This document shows, in pieces, positions 20,883 through 32,886 of a stretch of DNA of 64,000 nt. The notes below the pieces were generated by a model that saw nothing but the letters and a program-made list of their open reading frames with translations, did not search any database and had not been told where the DNA came from. The stretch's first letter is position 1. Each line of letters opens with the position of its first letter. The stretch is from Selaginella moellendorffii. Its lineage: Eukaryota > Plantae > Lycopodiophyta. The stretch covers positions 1,685,471 to 1,749,470 of the forward strand of contig NW_003314285.1 in assembly GCF_000143415.4 (NCBI RefSeq). Reading direction: 5' to 3'. A program made the position numbers and the translations under genes.

Positions 20883-23800
20883 TTGAGGCTATTCTCTCAA
20901 TTGAGCTCCAAATCCCTTCACTCTAGCTTGTTTTGCAATGTGCGGCTTAGTTTCAACTTACTGATGAGGAGCAGCTCCAAGCTTGGGCATGGGATCTTCT
21001 CAAACTTGATCAGCAATATTTGAGCACCTTCTTGCCACCAAGTGTAGGTACAAGGGACAACAAAATCAGTTCCAACAAAATGAGCTTTTTCCCATTGGCC
21101 AGTTTCTGATGCTTCAGGACTTTGCACCATTCACAAAGTTCTCTACTAGATGGCTTGGTCCTTTCTTCATGAAGAAGCATATTAGAGGTGGTGCCTACAT
21201 CCTCACAAATGAATCAAGCTAAGAGTTGCCCCATGCACATAATCACTGCCACCTCAAGCTCTTTCAGTAGTGAGCTGGCTTTATACTCTCCTTTCCTTCT
21301 TTACTTTTCTTTGCTTTTACCTTTTTTTTTTTGTCTCTTCTAGGATGTGATCCCAAAGGTGGAGCAAGCATAAGCCTGAATTTTCACCTCGAGGTTGCAA
21401 CAATTCCTCTTTGTCTAGAACTTTATGCATTTTCCAATTTGTTCCTTAAGGTTCCTAGGTTTTCACTACATCATTCTCCATCACTCACAGCCATCATCTA
21501 TTCATCTCTCTACTTTCTCTACCATAGTTTTGTACTTGATACAATTGCTTGCTCACTTTCCAATTGCTTTTCATGCCATGCACACACAATCTTAAGGATC
21601 CCATTACATCACTATCTTCAGCATCAATAGACATGGTAAATGAATCAAGCATCAGTAAAATCTGATACACAAACTCAAGATATGGCACGAACTCTCATGA
21701 TGCAACGATTTTGGGCAAATCTAAGACACTTAACTGTTGGTTTTTGAGAGCTAGTTGGACCTAATATGCACAAGAGACTAGGCATTACCATGGGTGGATG
21801 TTTTTTCTTGATCCCAATGATTTGTTCTAGCACAAGTAGTGATCCATGCAAGCACTAGCACAGATTGTGAGTGTTTTCTTCTTCCACTAGCACATGAACT
21901 GCAGGCCACTTTGACAGGTATCAGAGGCTGAAAAATCCCCTCCACTACCACTACATTACAATCAAACATTATATTCACCCATAGTCCATTTCTTTAGCCA
22001 TCATCTTCCTTCACTCCAGCAATTACCATCCCCAAGCAATACATTCACTCTACCACCCTATATCCTTGGAACTCGGCCATGCTGGAGGAATTTTCCAGAG
22101 GTGAGGGCACCTTGAGGTGGAATTCCAAGTAAGTGATTCTCCTCCATTTGGTTTTATGTATCTTCATTGATCCCTTTCTTTTTTTACTTAATTTTCCACA
22201 TTTTATACTTTGCTTTGGGTTGAGTGTCAAGTTCCCACTTCAAGTTTCCCCTCCGTGGTTTTCCTTTGAACCCAGAACTTCTCACTTCCTCCTGTTCTCT
22301 TTTCTTTCTTTTTCATTTATATTTTCTCACTTCTTCTTGCATTAGTGTTAGCATAATGTATCACATTGTAGTGGTTGTGGGTTTCTTGTATGCAATAGAG
22401 TCTGATGTGATCAATTATTTGTTAGTATATACATAAGTGAAATCCCTAAAATATTCCACTATCAGAATAATCTAGAGGTGTGAGGGATATGGGGTGGCTA
22501 AGGTTATGAAAGGGGGAGTTCACACAAGAGATTTTGAGTTACACTTGAGTGAAATGGAATCATGTGTTTTTCCCCATATTGAAGGGCTTCCCCCTCAACA
22601 ACATATACAGAAACAACTTAGTTTATAATTGACTTTGTTTACGACTTTGGTCTCGAGATTTGATGGTTTCTTCTGTTTTGGTTATTGATTGTGTGGAATG
22701 GGATGAGAGCATTAAGTAGCTAGAGAAGCTATTGCAAAATTGAAGTTGTCTATATGCAAGAATTCTAATAATAGTAACATTCACTATAACTTGAGACATA
22801 TGAGGATTTCTTTCTTAAGGGGTTTTTCATGTCTAGCTGCTAGTATCATCAAAATTTCTTGTATATTCTTAAAAATATATATTACTTTTTATATAATTTA
22901 AAATATATAAAGGTATTTTAAATAATAAAATTCTAATATTTCAATATTTTTATTTAATTAATTTTAATTAATTTTTTAATTTCAATATTTAAAAATAAAA
23001 TAAAATATATATTAAAAATAAATAAAAATTAAAGCTTTTGCATATTCCAAAGTATAGATTGAATCTTTAGTTATAAATAATTGTAGAAATACTCTCTTTT
23101 TTGCCTTAATCATAAAAGTTCTTATAGCCATATGCAAATAATTTAGTATCATATAGTTAATAGCTCATCTCAACATTGAAGGATTTACACTTTAACAAAT
23201 AAGCAATATAAGATATATGTGGTGGGAACTTTGTCATATATTTATTGTGGGGGTGGTGTGTGTTTAACCTCGAGAAAGCTCACCAAGATTATAAAACATC
23301 TATACCTAAATAGTTACTAAAGTCTAATCTCATTAATAATTTTTATTTAAATCCTCCTACATGCCTATTTATTATCTAGAGATAAATCCCTTTATCTTAC
23401 TATTTCTGTAAGTTGTCATTATCCCATTTCTTTCAGTGTTAGAGAAATGTGATCTTGCTCTTGAAGCTTTATCCCACCCTAAGAATTCTGCTCTAGAAAT
23501 TGGTAGAAAAATAGTAAGGAAAGGATATAAAAAAATTAAACTAAATTTTATAATTACATAAATTTTATCTAAGGTTTCTAAAATTATAATTTAAGATCTG
23601 TATAATTAGTAATTTATATTTTAAAATAAACTCAGATATTTTTATTGTTAAACCCCAAAACCTCTTAAATTAAACACACTCTAAATATTTAACAAACCTT
23701 AATAAAAGAGTGTTTTTCCCATATCAAGTAGTTCATTTTTATTTAGGACTGAGTTCTTAATAATAAAGAGTGTTAGGTGGTGTTCATTAACTTATTTGAA

Positions 23801-23979
23801 CTCTTTGATACTATGAATAAAAAAAGGCATTGCAAGGCTTATAATGTTGCTATAAACATCAATTTTAGCCATTATGTGCCACTAGAGTTAGAATTCCACA
23901 TTACATAAGAAATTTTATATATGGCATTATTTTTCATGGCATTCATGTTAATGTATGCCCATAAAATTTTACATATAAA

Positions 23980-24218
23980 TATTATTTTTTAGTGTTAATA
24001 ATATTATTTTAAAGTTATATTAGATAATATGGCATTGATGAAGATGTTCTATATGTTATTATATGAACTTTTATAAATGAAATTAAAAGAAATCTTTCAA
24101 TTACATAAAGTTTTTTATAGTAATATAGTTATTGGATATAAAAATAAATACATCTTATTATTAAATATGGTGTTTATATATATCACATAGTTGAGGAGAA
24201 AAGGAGTCTAAAAAAATA
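23980..24218 (+). pseudogene. 5' part of a third lectin-family paralog, disrupted by the LTR element
   Basis: ataatattatttt..., gaagatgttctatatgttattata..., ctttcaattacataaagt and aatatagttattggatat align in order with 45918-46120 of the intact paralog. Confidence 0.6.
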
Positions 24219-27138
24219 TGTGAGACACAAATCCCTAAGCCCCAAAGTGGAGCTAAAAGGGTGCCACGTGGTAGTGGCCAAAGCAAAAGCCAAACAAACG
24301 TAACACATTTAGACTAAAAGGCTCCAACTTGAAAGGTTGAGAGTGGGAGTGGAACTCCCAACGGAGTGCTCAAGAAATGAGCATGAAGTGAGCAATAAAG
24401 GAGTCTGAGATGGCATCCGAAATGGAGTTCGAGATGGACCTGAGATAAAGTCCGAGATGGACCGAGATGGAGTCTGAAATGGAGTCCGAGATGGAGTCCG
24501 AGATGGACCCGAGATGGAGTCCGAGATGGACTCGAGATGGAGTCCGAGATGGACCCGAGATGGAGTCCAAGATGGAGTCTGAGATGGAGTTCAAGATGGA
24601 CCAAGATGGTGTCCGAAATGGAGTCCGAGATAGACCTGAGATGGAGTCCGAGATGGACCGAGATGGGGTCCGAGATGGAGTCTGAGATGGACCCGAGATG
24701 GAGTCCGAAATGGACCCGAGATGGAATATGAGATGGAATCCGAGAAGGACCCGAGATGGAGTCTGAAGTCGAGACCGAGACCGGGACCGAGACCGAGACC
24801 AAGGCCGAGGCCGAGACCGAGCCCGAGTCCGAGTCCAAGTCCGAGTCCGAGTCTGAGTCTGAGTTTGAGTCTGAGAGGGTGAAATCCCAAAGTGTTCGTC
24901 TCCCAGACCCTGGGGGGTTTGGTAAGCTCCAAAAGTATAGTAGGGGGAGGACTCAAGTGGAGCCAGTTTGGCCTAGGAAGGCTGTGCCCAGGTGTTGGGA
25001 GACGGGATAACCACTGGGAGGTCCAAGGCTAGAGTGAATATGGATTATTAAGTGGGGTAGCTTGGTGAAGTGTTCAAGAGCCAGCTTTAGTTCCCCCAGG
25101 AGATCAAATGGTCGATGCCCCCAGTCCAAGTGTGGGTGGCACTACCTACTTGGATACCTGGCATGGCTCAATGGAACCTCGCTCTAAGCCTATGGCTAAA
25201 GCACCAAAAGGCAGAAGGTGGGGAGAGTACCCATGAGGCTTGCGTAAGGCCATGGTGTTCCGAAATGTTGTCCCAAAGTCCCAGACTATGGAAAGGAAGA
25301 GTGGACCTTTGGTGTAGTGACTAATGATACAATCATGTGGTGAGGAAGTCCTAGAAAACAGTGGGACTTAGTGGTCGGGCCTATGGGCCCTATCCCAGTG
25401 GCAGTGTTGGCGAACACGGCTATGGGCAGAAAAGAGACTTGGTGGGGATTATAAAAAGGATATTGTGGAAGGCTGTTCCCTATGTCTGCAGACATCTTAA
25501 GGATGCTAAGGAGTGGATCTTGGATGGTCACTATTGGATGGATGGCCTAGTCCTTGAGAGATGGGACTGTGATGTAGGTGGTGTTAGACCACCGGTGTGA
25601 CCAATGTGAAGGGGCATGGCCTTAGCTTAATAGGCTAGTATGTCGGTGGTACGGTCTTGGGACCGGGCACGTGGAGCACTTGGACTAAGTGCAATGGATG
25701 AGTGGCATGGATGCCATTCTCAGGGCTAGCAAGTCCTAAGTCCTAAATTGGACTTAAGGAGGTTGTGAATAAGACTCCTCCAAGTGGTCGGAGGTGTGGT
25801 TAAGTGACTAAATTAGAGTGGAAAAATTAGTCGCTTACAACTTGGTATCGGAGTTGTTCCTTAGTCCGAATTTTATTGGTGCTCAAGTATATCACCACTG
25901 GTGTTGGCATTGGAAGGTCCTAGAAGTGGGCCTATTTGTGAGGAGTAGCAAGTCGGGAAAACATGGCTCTTCACTATAGTTTATGTGTGAACTGTTAGGT
26001 GAGGTGGTGGATAGAAAAGGGCCAATAATGGAACGACTTTGGGATCTTGGGAACAGTATAAGGTTTTCCTCAAAGAGTTGAGGATGTGATCTAAATGAAC
26101 ATTTGACTCAGCAAATTGGCTAATGTAGTTGTGGTAAACAACTATAGTTGGGATCACGGGAAAAATAAAGACTCCGAAACCATAAAAGAGTCACAAGATT
26201 ATCCTCATATAGTTAAGGTTGGTGCTCATGAATTTGAGACCAAAATTAATGACTGTGGAAAGTCAAATACGGAAAAGGACACAAGTCTTTGAAATGGTAG
26301 CCAAGGCTACCCTTGATAAATGTTGGAACAACCTAAGGAATTAGGGGTGTACTTAGAAGATGAGTTGGTATTCTCATCACATGGACAAGTAGTCCAAAGG
26401 GGCAAAGGTTGCCCCAGGGAACAACATCAAGTGTTGGAGGTGACATTTGCAAAGAAGGGTTCTTGGGGGTAGGACATGAATACAGGAAGTGGTATTCCGA
26501 AAAGCTAGCACCTCAAATAGGACATTATGGGTCATTAGATTTTAAAGTCCAAAAATGCTAGATGACTCAAGTAGAGTCAAGGAATTGGTCCTAAGGGATT
26601 GCTAAAAGCATTTAGACTGAGGTGTGTTGTGCCCCACAAAGGTTGAGAAGGATCATAGGATCCAAGTATGAGAATAGTGAGTATCTCATCGATGGCGAAA
26701 TGGGCCATACTAAAGTTGTGGAGAAGGTGTTCCCAGAAGAAAACAACTTTGACACAAAGTTGTGAATAAACTCTATGATGCAATGCTAATGAATAGTTGG
26801 CATGAGAAAAAACTGTATTGGTCTTGGCAAAGACCTAAACATAAGTAACAAGTGTCATAAAGGTAAGTCTGTGGAGCCGATGGTGTGGAGACACCAAATG
26901 TGCCAAGGCGTGATGCTTTAAGGTGAGTTGGTGGGTTCACGAGAACCCCTTCCCAAAGGAATTCTAATGGAAATGGAAATAGCATAGCCTAAATTAGAAG
27001 GCATGCAGTTGGAGTGTGGTGACCCAGATAATGATGGAGGTGTGGAAGCACTAGCAATGAGTTGTAGGACTTGACAACTATAAGGCAACTAAGCAAAAGG
27101 TGCAAAATAATCAGTTAAACTGGTAGCAGGTAGCTACT

Positions 27139-30100
27139 TGTTAGAAATCCCCCAATTCTTGCCACATTCCTGACTCTTGCCGGATTCCTAACCTGTAGAC
27201 CATATTCTTGACTCTCGAGACACTTCCCTATTCCTGACTCTTGAGACACTTCCCTATTTCTGACTCTCGAGACACTTCCCTATTCCTGACTCTTTGATTT
27301 CCCATACGATTCCTGAGTGTCGAGCCACATTCCTGATGATGATGTGGCGCCTCCTCGACCTCAGCTATATTTAGGCTATCCTTGATCCAAAAGTGGTGGA
27401 GCTTCATCGGCCTATAGTATATATAGGTTAGCCTTGTTCCATTTCTCCACAATCTAAATCAATGCCAGTCTAAGGCCTTTTTTTCGTTTCCACTAGTTTT
27501 TCTCTTTGTCTTTTGCATTTTCTAGTCTTGATCTTGTTGGGGGTCTTGACAGTTTGATTCAGATTGTGTTTTTTCGTTTTTTACTTTAGCTCGTTTTGAT
27601 TGTTTGACTGCCTTTGCCTTTTTTCCCCCTTTTTTTCTTTTTTCTTTGCCGATGGAGTCTCCAAGCCATCCTGATTTCTTTGCCAAAGTCCTTGCAAAAA
27701 TCCAGTCTGAGAATACCAAGCTGAAGGCAACCCTTCTTCGCATGCAGTAGGAGCTTGCTTCACTTTCAGCTCAAGGATCCAGCAAAGTTCCTGAACCAAA
27801 GGTGAGTTTCCCGGCAAAATTTTCAGGCAAGCTTTCGGAGCTTCACGGATTTCTGAACCAGATGAAGCTGATCTTCGCACTTCAACATCAGCAGTACCCC
27901 ACTCCCGAGTCTCAAATTGGCGCGATTGAGACGTTGCTCTAAGGTGTAGCCTTGTCATGGTTTTCTCCTCTCCTAGAGAAGAGCATGAAAGGGGTTGTGG
28001 TTCCGGAGCTAATGGATCTTTAATTGTTCAAAGAGAAGCTCGAAGCATGTTTTGGCGAGACGGATCAGGTTCGGGCTGCCACCACAAAGATGAGACGTCT
28101 CTCTCAGAGGTCTCATCTTGCCTCGATCTATGCTGCAGAGTTCCAACTCTTTACCTTGGACACTCAGTGGGATGAGCGGGCCTTGATTGATCAATTTCGT
28201 TTCGGCCTCAACAATGGTGTCAAGGATTTGTTGCTCACCATGGAGGATCCTATAGACTTGTCGGACGCCATCAACAAACCTGTTCAATGTGACAATCGTC
28301 TCTTTGAACGTCGTCAGGAAAGTCGCCACGCTGCCTTTTTCCCGTCCTAGACTTAGGAATCCTAGCTTGAGTCTTTGGGGCATACTCCTGAACATACTGC
28401 TCTGGTCCCGATGGATATTTCTGGTACTCCCCGACTCATCAAAGGGAAGTTGAGTCCTGCTGAAAAGCAATGTCAGATATCTCATAATCTTTGCCTCTAC
28501 TGTGCTGATCCTAATCACAAAGCAACTGTGTGTCCCAAGAAGCCTCCGCGATTGCTTGAGTTCACTCTGCCTCAAAGTCCAACTTTGTTGCAGTCGGGAA
28601 ACGACTCTATCCAAACAGAGTAGGAGCTGTTTGTTTGGACTCCCCGAATAAAAGTCACTTTTCTTCTTTATCAAGCTCTTCACCACCTTTCATCAAAGCC
28701 ACCACCAATTCCCACAACTTTCGCGTCCCATGTCTCCTTTTTTTCACCTGACAATCAGGACTTAAGGCTTTGGCGCTATTGGACTCGGGTGCAACTTTCT
28801 GCTTCATGGATGCGGACTTTTCTGCTTGACATCACGTTCCTCTTTCTCCTACCATACGGGATTTGAGGGTTGAAGGCATCGGCGGGCATTTTGTGTCTCC
28901 ATCTTCTGGACTTAGGGAAACATTGCCTATTCGAGTACACATCGGGTCCACCATCACCGATATCGCCTTCAACATCATCAACAGCAAGTCCTCCTTTGTG
29001 GTGCTCAGCCTTCCTTGGTTCCAACTACATCAGCCTTTGATCTGTTGGAAGGAGTTACAGCTCGTCTCTCCCACATCACCATCTCCCATGGCTTCCCTTG
29101 CTATTCATCGAGTTCGAATCTGGAAAAGTTCCCTAAACTCAAATCGGGGTTCTGTTCCTGACTCTATGATGTTTTCACCCTCTTCTTTTTCCTCTCTTCC
29201 ATCTTACACTGGACAGTATCCTCGTCTCACCATTCCATTTAGTTGTACACCGCCTCCTATCTCCACAATCACTATGAAAGGACTCCTTCATGAAGAACTT
29301 ATTTTCCTTTTTGCTTTGCATGTTTTTCTTGTCAGTCTTCCTGAAAAGTATCATGATTTTGGGGATGTGTTTGACAAAAAAAAAGCTAGTGTATTGCCTG
29401 TTCATCGGCCTTATGACTATCCCATTGATTTACAGGAAGGAGCGTCACCTCCGTGGGGGCTATCTACAAGTTATCCCCGTTCGAGCTTAAGGCCCTCAAA
29501 GAGTACGTGGAGGAGAACCTTGCCTCGGGGCACATTCAGCATTCGCAGTCCCCGGCTGGAGTGCCTATCTTCTTTGTCAAGAAGAAGGATAGGAGTTTGC
29601 AGCTAGTCATCGACTACCGAGGTTTGAATAAGGTGACTATTCAAAACTGTTATCCGCTACCCCTTATCTCGGACCTGTTGGAATGCCTCAGTGGTGCCCG
29701 CTTCTTCACCAAGATCGACCTCTATGGAGCATACAACCTGATCCGGATCTGGCCTAGTGATGAATGGAAGACTGCATTCCGAACCCGCTATGGCCACTTC
29801 GAGTACATTGTCATGCCATTTGGCTTGACAAATGCTCCAATAGTTTTCCAACACATGGCGAATGACGTCTTTCAAGAGTTTCTTGATCAGATGGTGATCG
29901 TCTACCTCGATGACATCCTCATCTACTCAAAAACTCAAAAGGAGCACGACGAGCATGTGCACAAGGTGCTGGCAAAGCTGCGGGAACACGGCATATACGC
30001 GAAGCTTGAGAAATGTTCCTTCGATCAAGAGTCTATGGAGTTCCTTGGGTACATTGTCACTCCTGAGGGTATCACAATGGATCCTACCAAAGTCAAATGG

Positions 30101-32886
30101 GAGCCTCCACAATCAATGTCGGATGTTCAAGTTTTTCTTAGCTTCGCCAACTTCTACCACAAATTCATTGATCACTACTCTGACATTGTCCTTCCTCTCA
30201 TGCATCTCACTCGCAAAGATGTTCCCTTCTCTAGGTCTGCTGCTGCTCAGCAGGCCTTCGACACACTCAAGGCGGCCTTCAGTTTTGCTTCCGTCTTGAT
30301 CCACCCTGATCCCTCACAACCTTTCTTCATCGAGGCTGACGCCTCCGACTTTGCCACCGGTGTTGTGCTGTTTCAACTCGAAGCTGATCAAGAATTTCAT
30401 CCGGTTGCTTTCCATTCTCAGAAACTCCAGCCTACGGAGATCAATTACGAAATCCACGACAAGGAGCTCCTCGCCATTGTGGATTCCTTTAGAGATTGGC
30501 ATCGTTTTTTGGAGGGGGCGGGCCATCAAACAACAGTCTGGACAGATCAACAAAAATCTCGAGTATTTTGCCACTTCCCGAGTCATGAGCTATCGCCAGG
30601 CAAGGTGGGCACAATTCCTGAGTCGGTTTGACTTTGTTATCAAGTACAAACCTGGAAAGCTTCAAGGCCTTCCTAATGCTCTTTCAAGGCACTCCTATCT
30701 CAGTCTCAGGCCTGGTAATCCTGCCTTCGATCAACAGGATCAGGTTATCCTCAGTCCTGATCGGCTTCAAATTATGGCAATTTTCCTGGCCCCTCAGGAC
30801 TCCTCCTTGATGGATGCGATCAGAAACGATCTTCAATCCGATTACCTCACCAGTGATATTTTCCCCCATCTTCAAGCTAGACACCCAATGACTCCCGACT
30901 GCTGGCGATTTGACGAGTTTGAGTTCTTAGATGGCTTGTTGTACCGTGGGGAGCAGCTTCGTTCTTGAAGGTGATGCTCGAAGGTTCGTCCTGATGGCGT
31001 GCACCATGATAGCTCGACTGCTGGTCACTTCGGCATTGCAAAAACCTATGAGCTGGTTGCACAAGACTTTTGGTGGCCTCACATGGATGACTACATCAAA
31101 GCTTTTGTTACCTCCTGTGACACTTGTGGTCAGAATAAGGTACCTCGCCACCTTCCTTCAGGTTTGCTTCATTCCCTCCCGGTCCCTTCAGGTCCTTGGG
31201 AATCCATCTCCATGGATTTCTTGAGTGATCTTCCGATTTCTGAAGGCTTCAATAGCATTTTAGTCATGGTGGATCGCTTCACAAAGATGGCACATTTCCT
31301 GCCATGTACCAGGAGAATCCACCACAGAAACCTCCGGCCGGGGAGTGGGGCAACAAGCGGCGGAGAGGAACAACACCCACCACCACCACCACCACCACCA
31401 CCACCCATCATCATCCGACAACAGTCGCCGGGTTGCTGGTGAACAACGGAGGGTGGACGGAGCAGCGCAGGAGTTTTCGGGCGAGGACATGGCAAAACTG
31501 ATATTCAGGGAAATTTACTGACTTCTTGGGATTCCTACAGATGTGGTTTCGGATTGGGGACCTCAATTCATCTCTCATTTCTGGCAACTGTTCTTACAGC
31601 TACTTAGAATGAAGGCCAACCTCTCTTCGGTGTATCATCCTCAAACTGATGGATAGTTCGAGCGAACGATTCAGACGTTGGAACAATTCCTGAGGCCCTT
31701 CATCAATTATTATCAGGATGACTGGTTCAATATCCTTCCCCTTGCTGAGTTCTCCTATAACAACTCTGTTCACTCCTCTCTTCGAGTTTCCCCCTTCTTT
31801 GTGAACTCTGGCTGAAATCCCCAATTCAATCTCTCACTTCTTTCTCCATCCGAATCCTCTTGTTCAAATCCCCGCTCTGAGGCATTTGTCTCCAAGCTCC
31901 AGGAAATCCACAACTCCATCTCCTTCCACCTCCATCGTGCTCAGGAATCTCACAAAACATTTGCCAATGTCCATCGTCAGGATTGTCCCCCTTACAATAT
32001 CGGGGATAAAGTCTGGCTCCTCAGGCGAAATATCTCCACCACCAGGCCATATCCCAAATTCGATTTCAAATGCCTCGATCCTTTCCCTATCACTGCCATC
32101 ATTAATCCTGTCACTTATCGCCTTGCACTTCCCTCCTCATATCAAATTCACCCTGTTTTTCACTCCTCTGTCCTTGAGCCTTATATTCCTAGTCCTATTC
32201 CAAATCGGGTCATTCCTCCACCTCCACCAGTGCAGCTCGAGGATGGGTCTGAGTACGAGGTTTAGGACATCCTTGATTCCAAGATCTCACGGTCTAAACT
32301 CTACTATCTGGTCGACTGGAAGGGTTATGGACCTGAAGAACGCACTTGGGAACCTACGGACAACCTGATTTATTCTCCTGACCTTGTTCAGGACTTCCAT
32401 TGCCACTATCCTTCTCGTCCCAGTCCTCATTCTTTTTCTCCATCTCTCATCCCTCGCCGCCCATCTCATCCTCCTCCTCGTTCTCATTCACGTCTTCGTT
32501 CCACTCATTCTTGAGGAGGGGGTGCTGTCAGGAATCCCCCAATTCTTGCCACATTCCTGACTCTCGCTGGATTCCTGACCTGCAGACCATATTCCTGACT
32601 CTCAAGACACTTCCCTATTCCTGACTCTCTGATTTCCCATATGATTCTTGAGTCTCAAGCCACATTCCTAATGATGATGTGGTGCCTCCTCAACCTCAGC
32701 TATATTTAGGCCGTCCTCGATCCATGAGTGGTGGAGTTTCATCGACCTATAGTATATATAGGTTAGCCTTGTTCCATTTCTCCACAATCTAAATCAACAC
32801 CAGTCTAAGGCCTTTTCTTCGTTTCCACTAACTTTTCTCTTTGTCTTTTGCATTTTCCAGTCTTGATTTTGTTGGGGGTCTTGACA
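27139..32886 (+). mobile_element. Nested Ty3/gypsy chromovirus (Tcn1/Tf1-like), defective
   Basis: LTRs at 27139-27551 and 32526-32886, near-TSD CTACT/CTACC and PPT gaggaggggg. Gag knuckle CLYCADPNHKATVC, protease LLDSGA, RT YLDD, RNase H DAS/HDKELLAI, integrase HHCC core and chromodomain EYEV*DILDSK...YLVDWKGYGPEERTWEP. Many stops and frameshifts. Confidence 0.93.
28596..28639 (+). other. Putative gag-pol -1 frameshift signal of the chromovirus
   Basis: G GGA AAC in the gag frame just before the gag stop, a 7-nt spacer, then hairpin tccaaacag/ttgtttgga. Confidence 0.7.

Larger units (their letters stand above)
18900..21250 (+). mobile_element. Degenerate Ty3/gypsy integrase relic interrupted by a solo LTR
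   Basis: Translates YYL*SNGQVEYSNKILKTILSK. TPFSLMYGVEAILSIELQIPSL reads through once the solo LTR and one TSD copy are removed. Boundaries are approximate. Confidence 0.7.
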
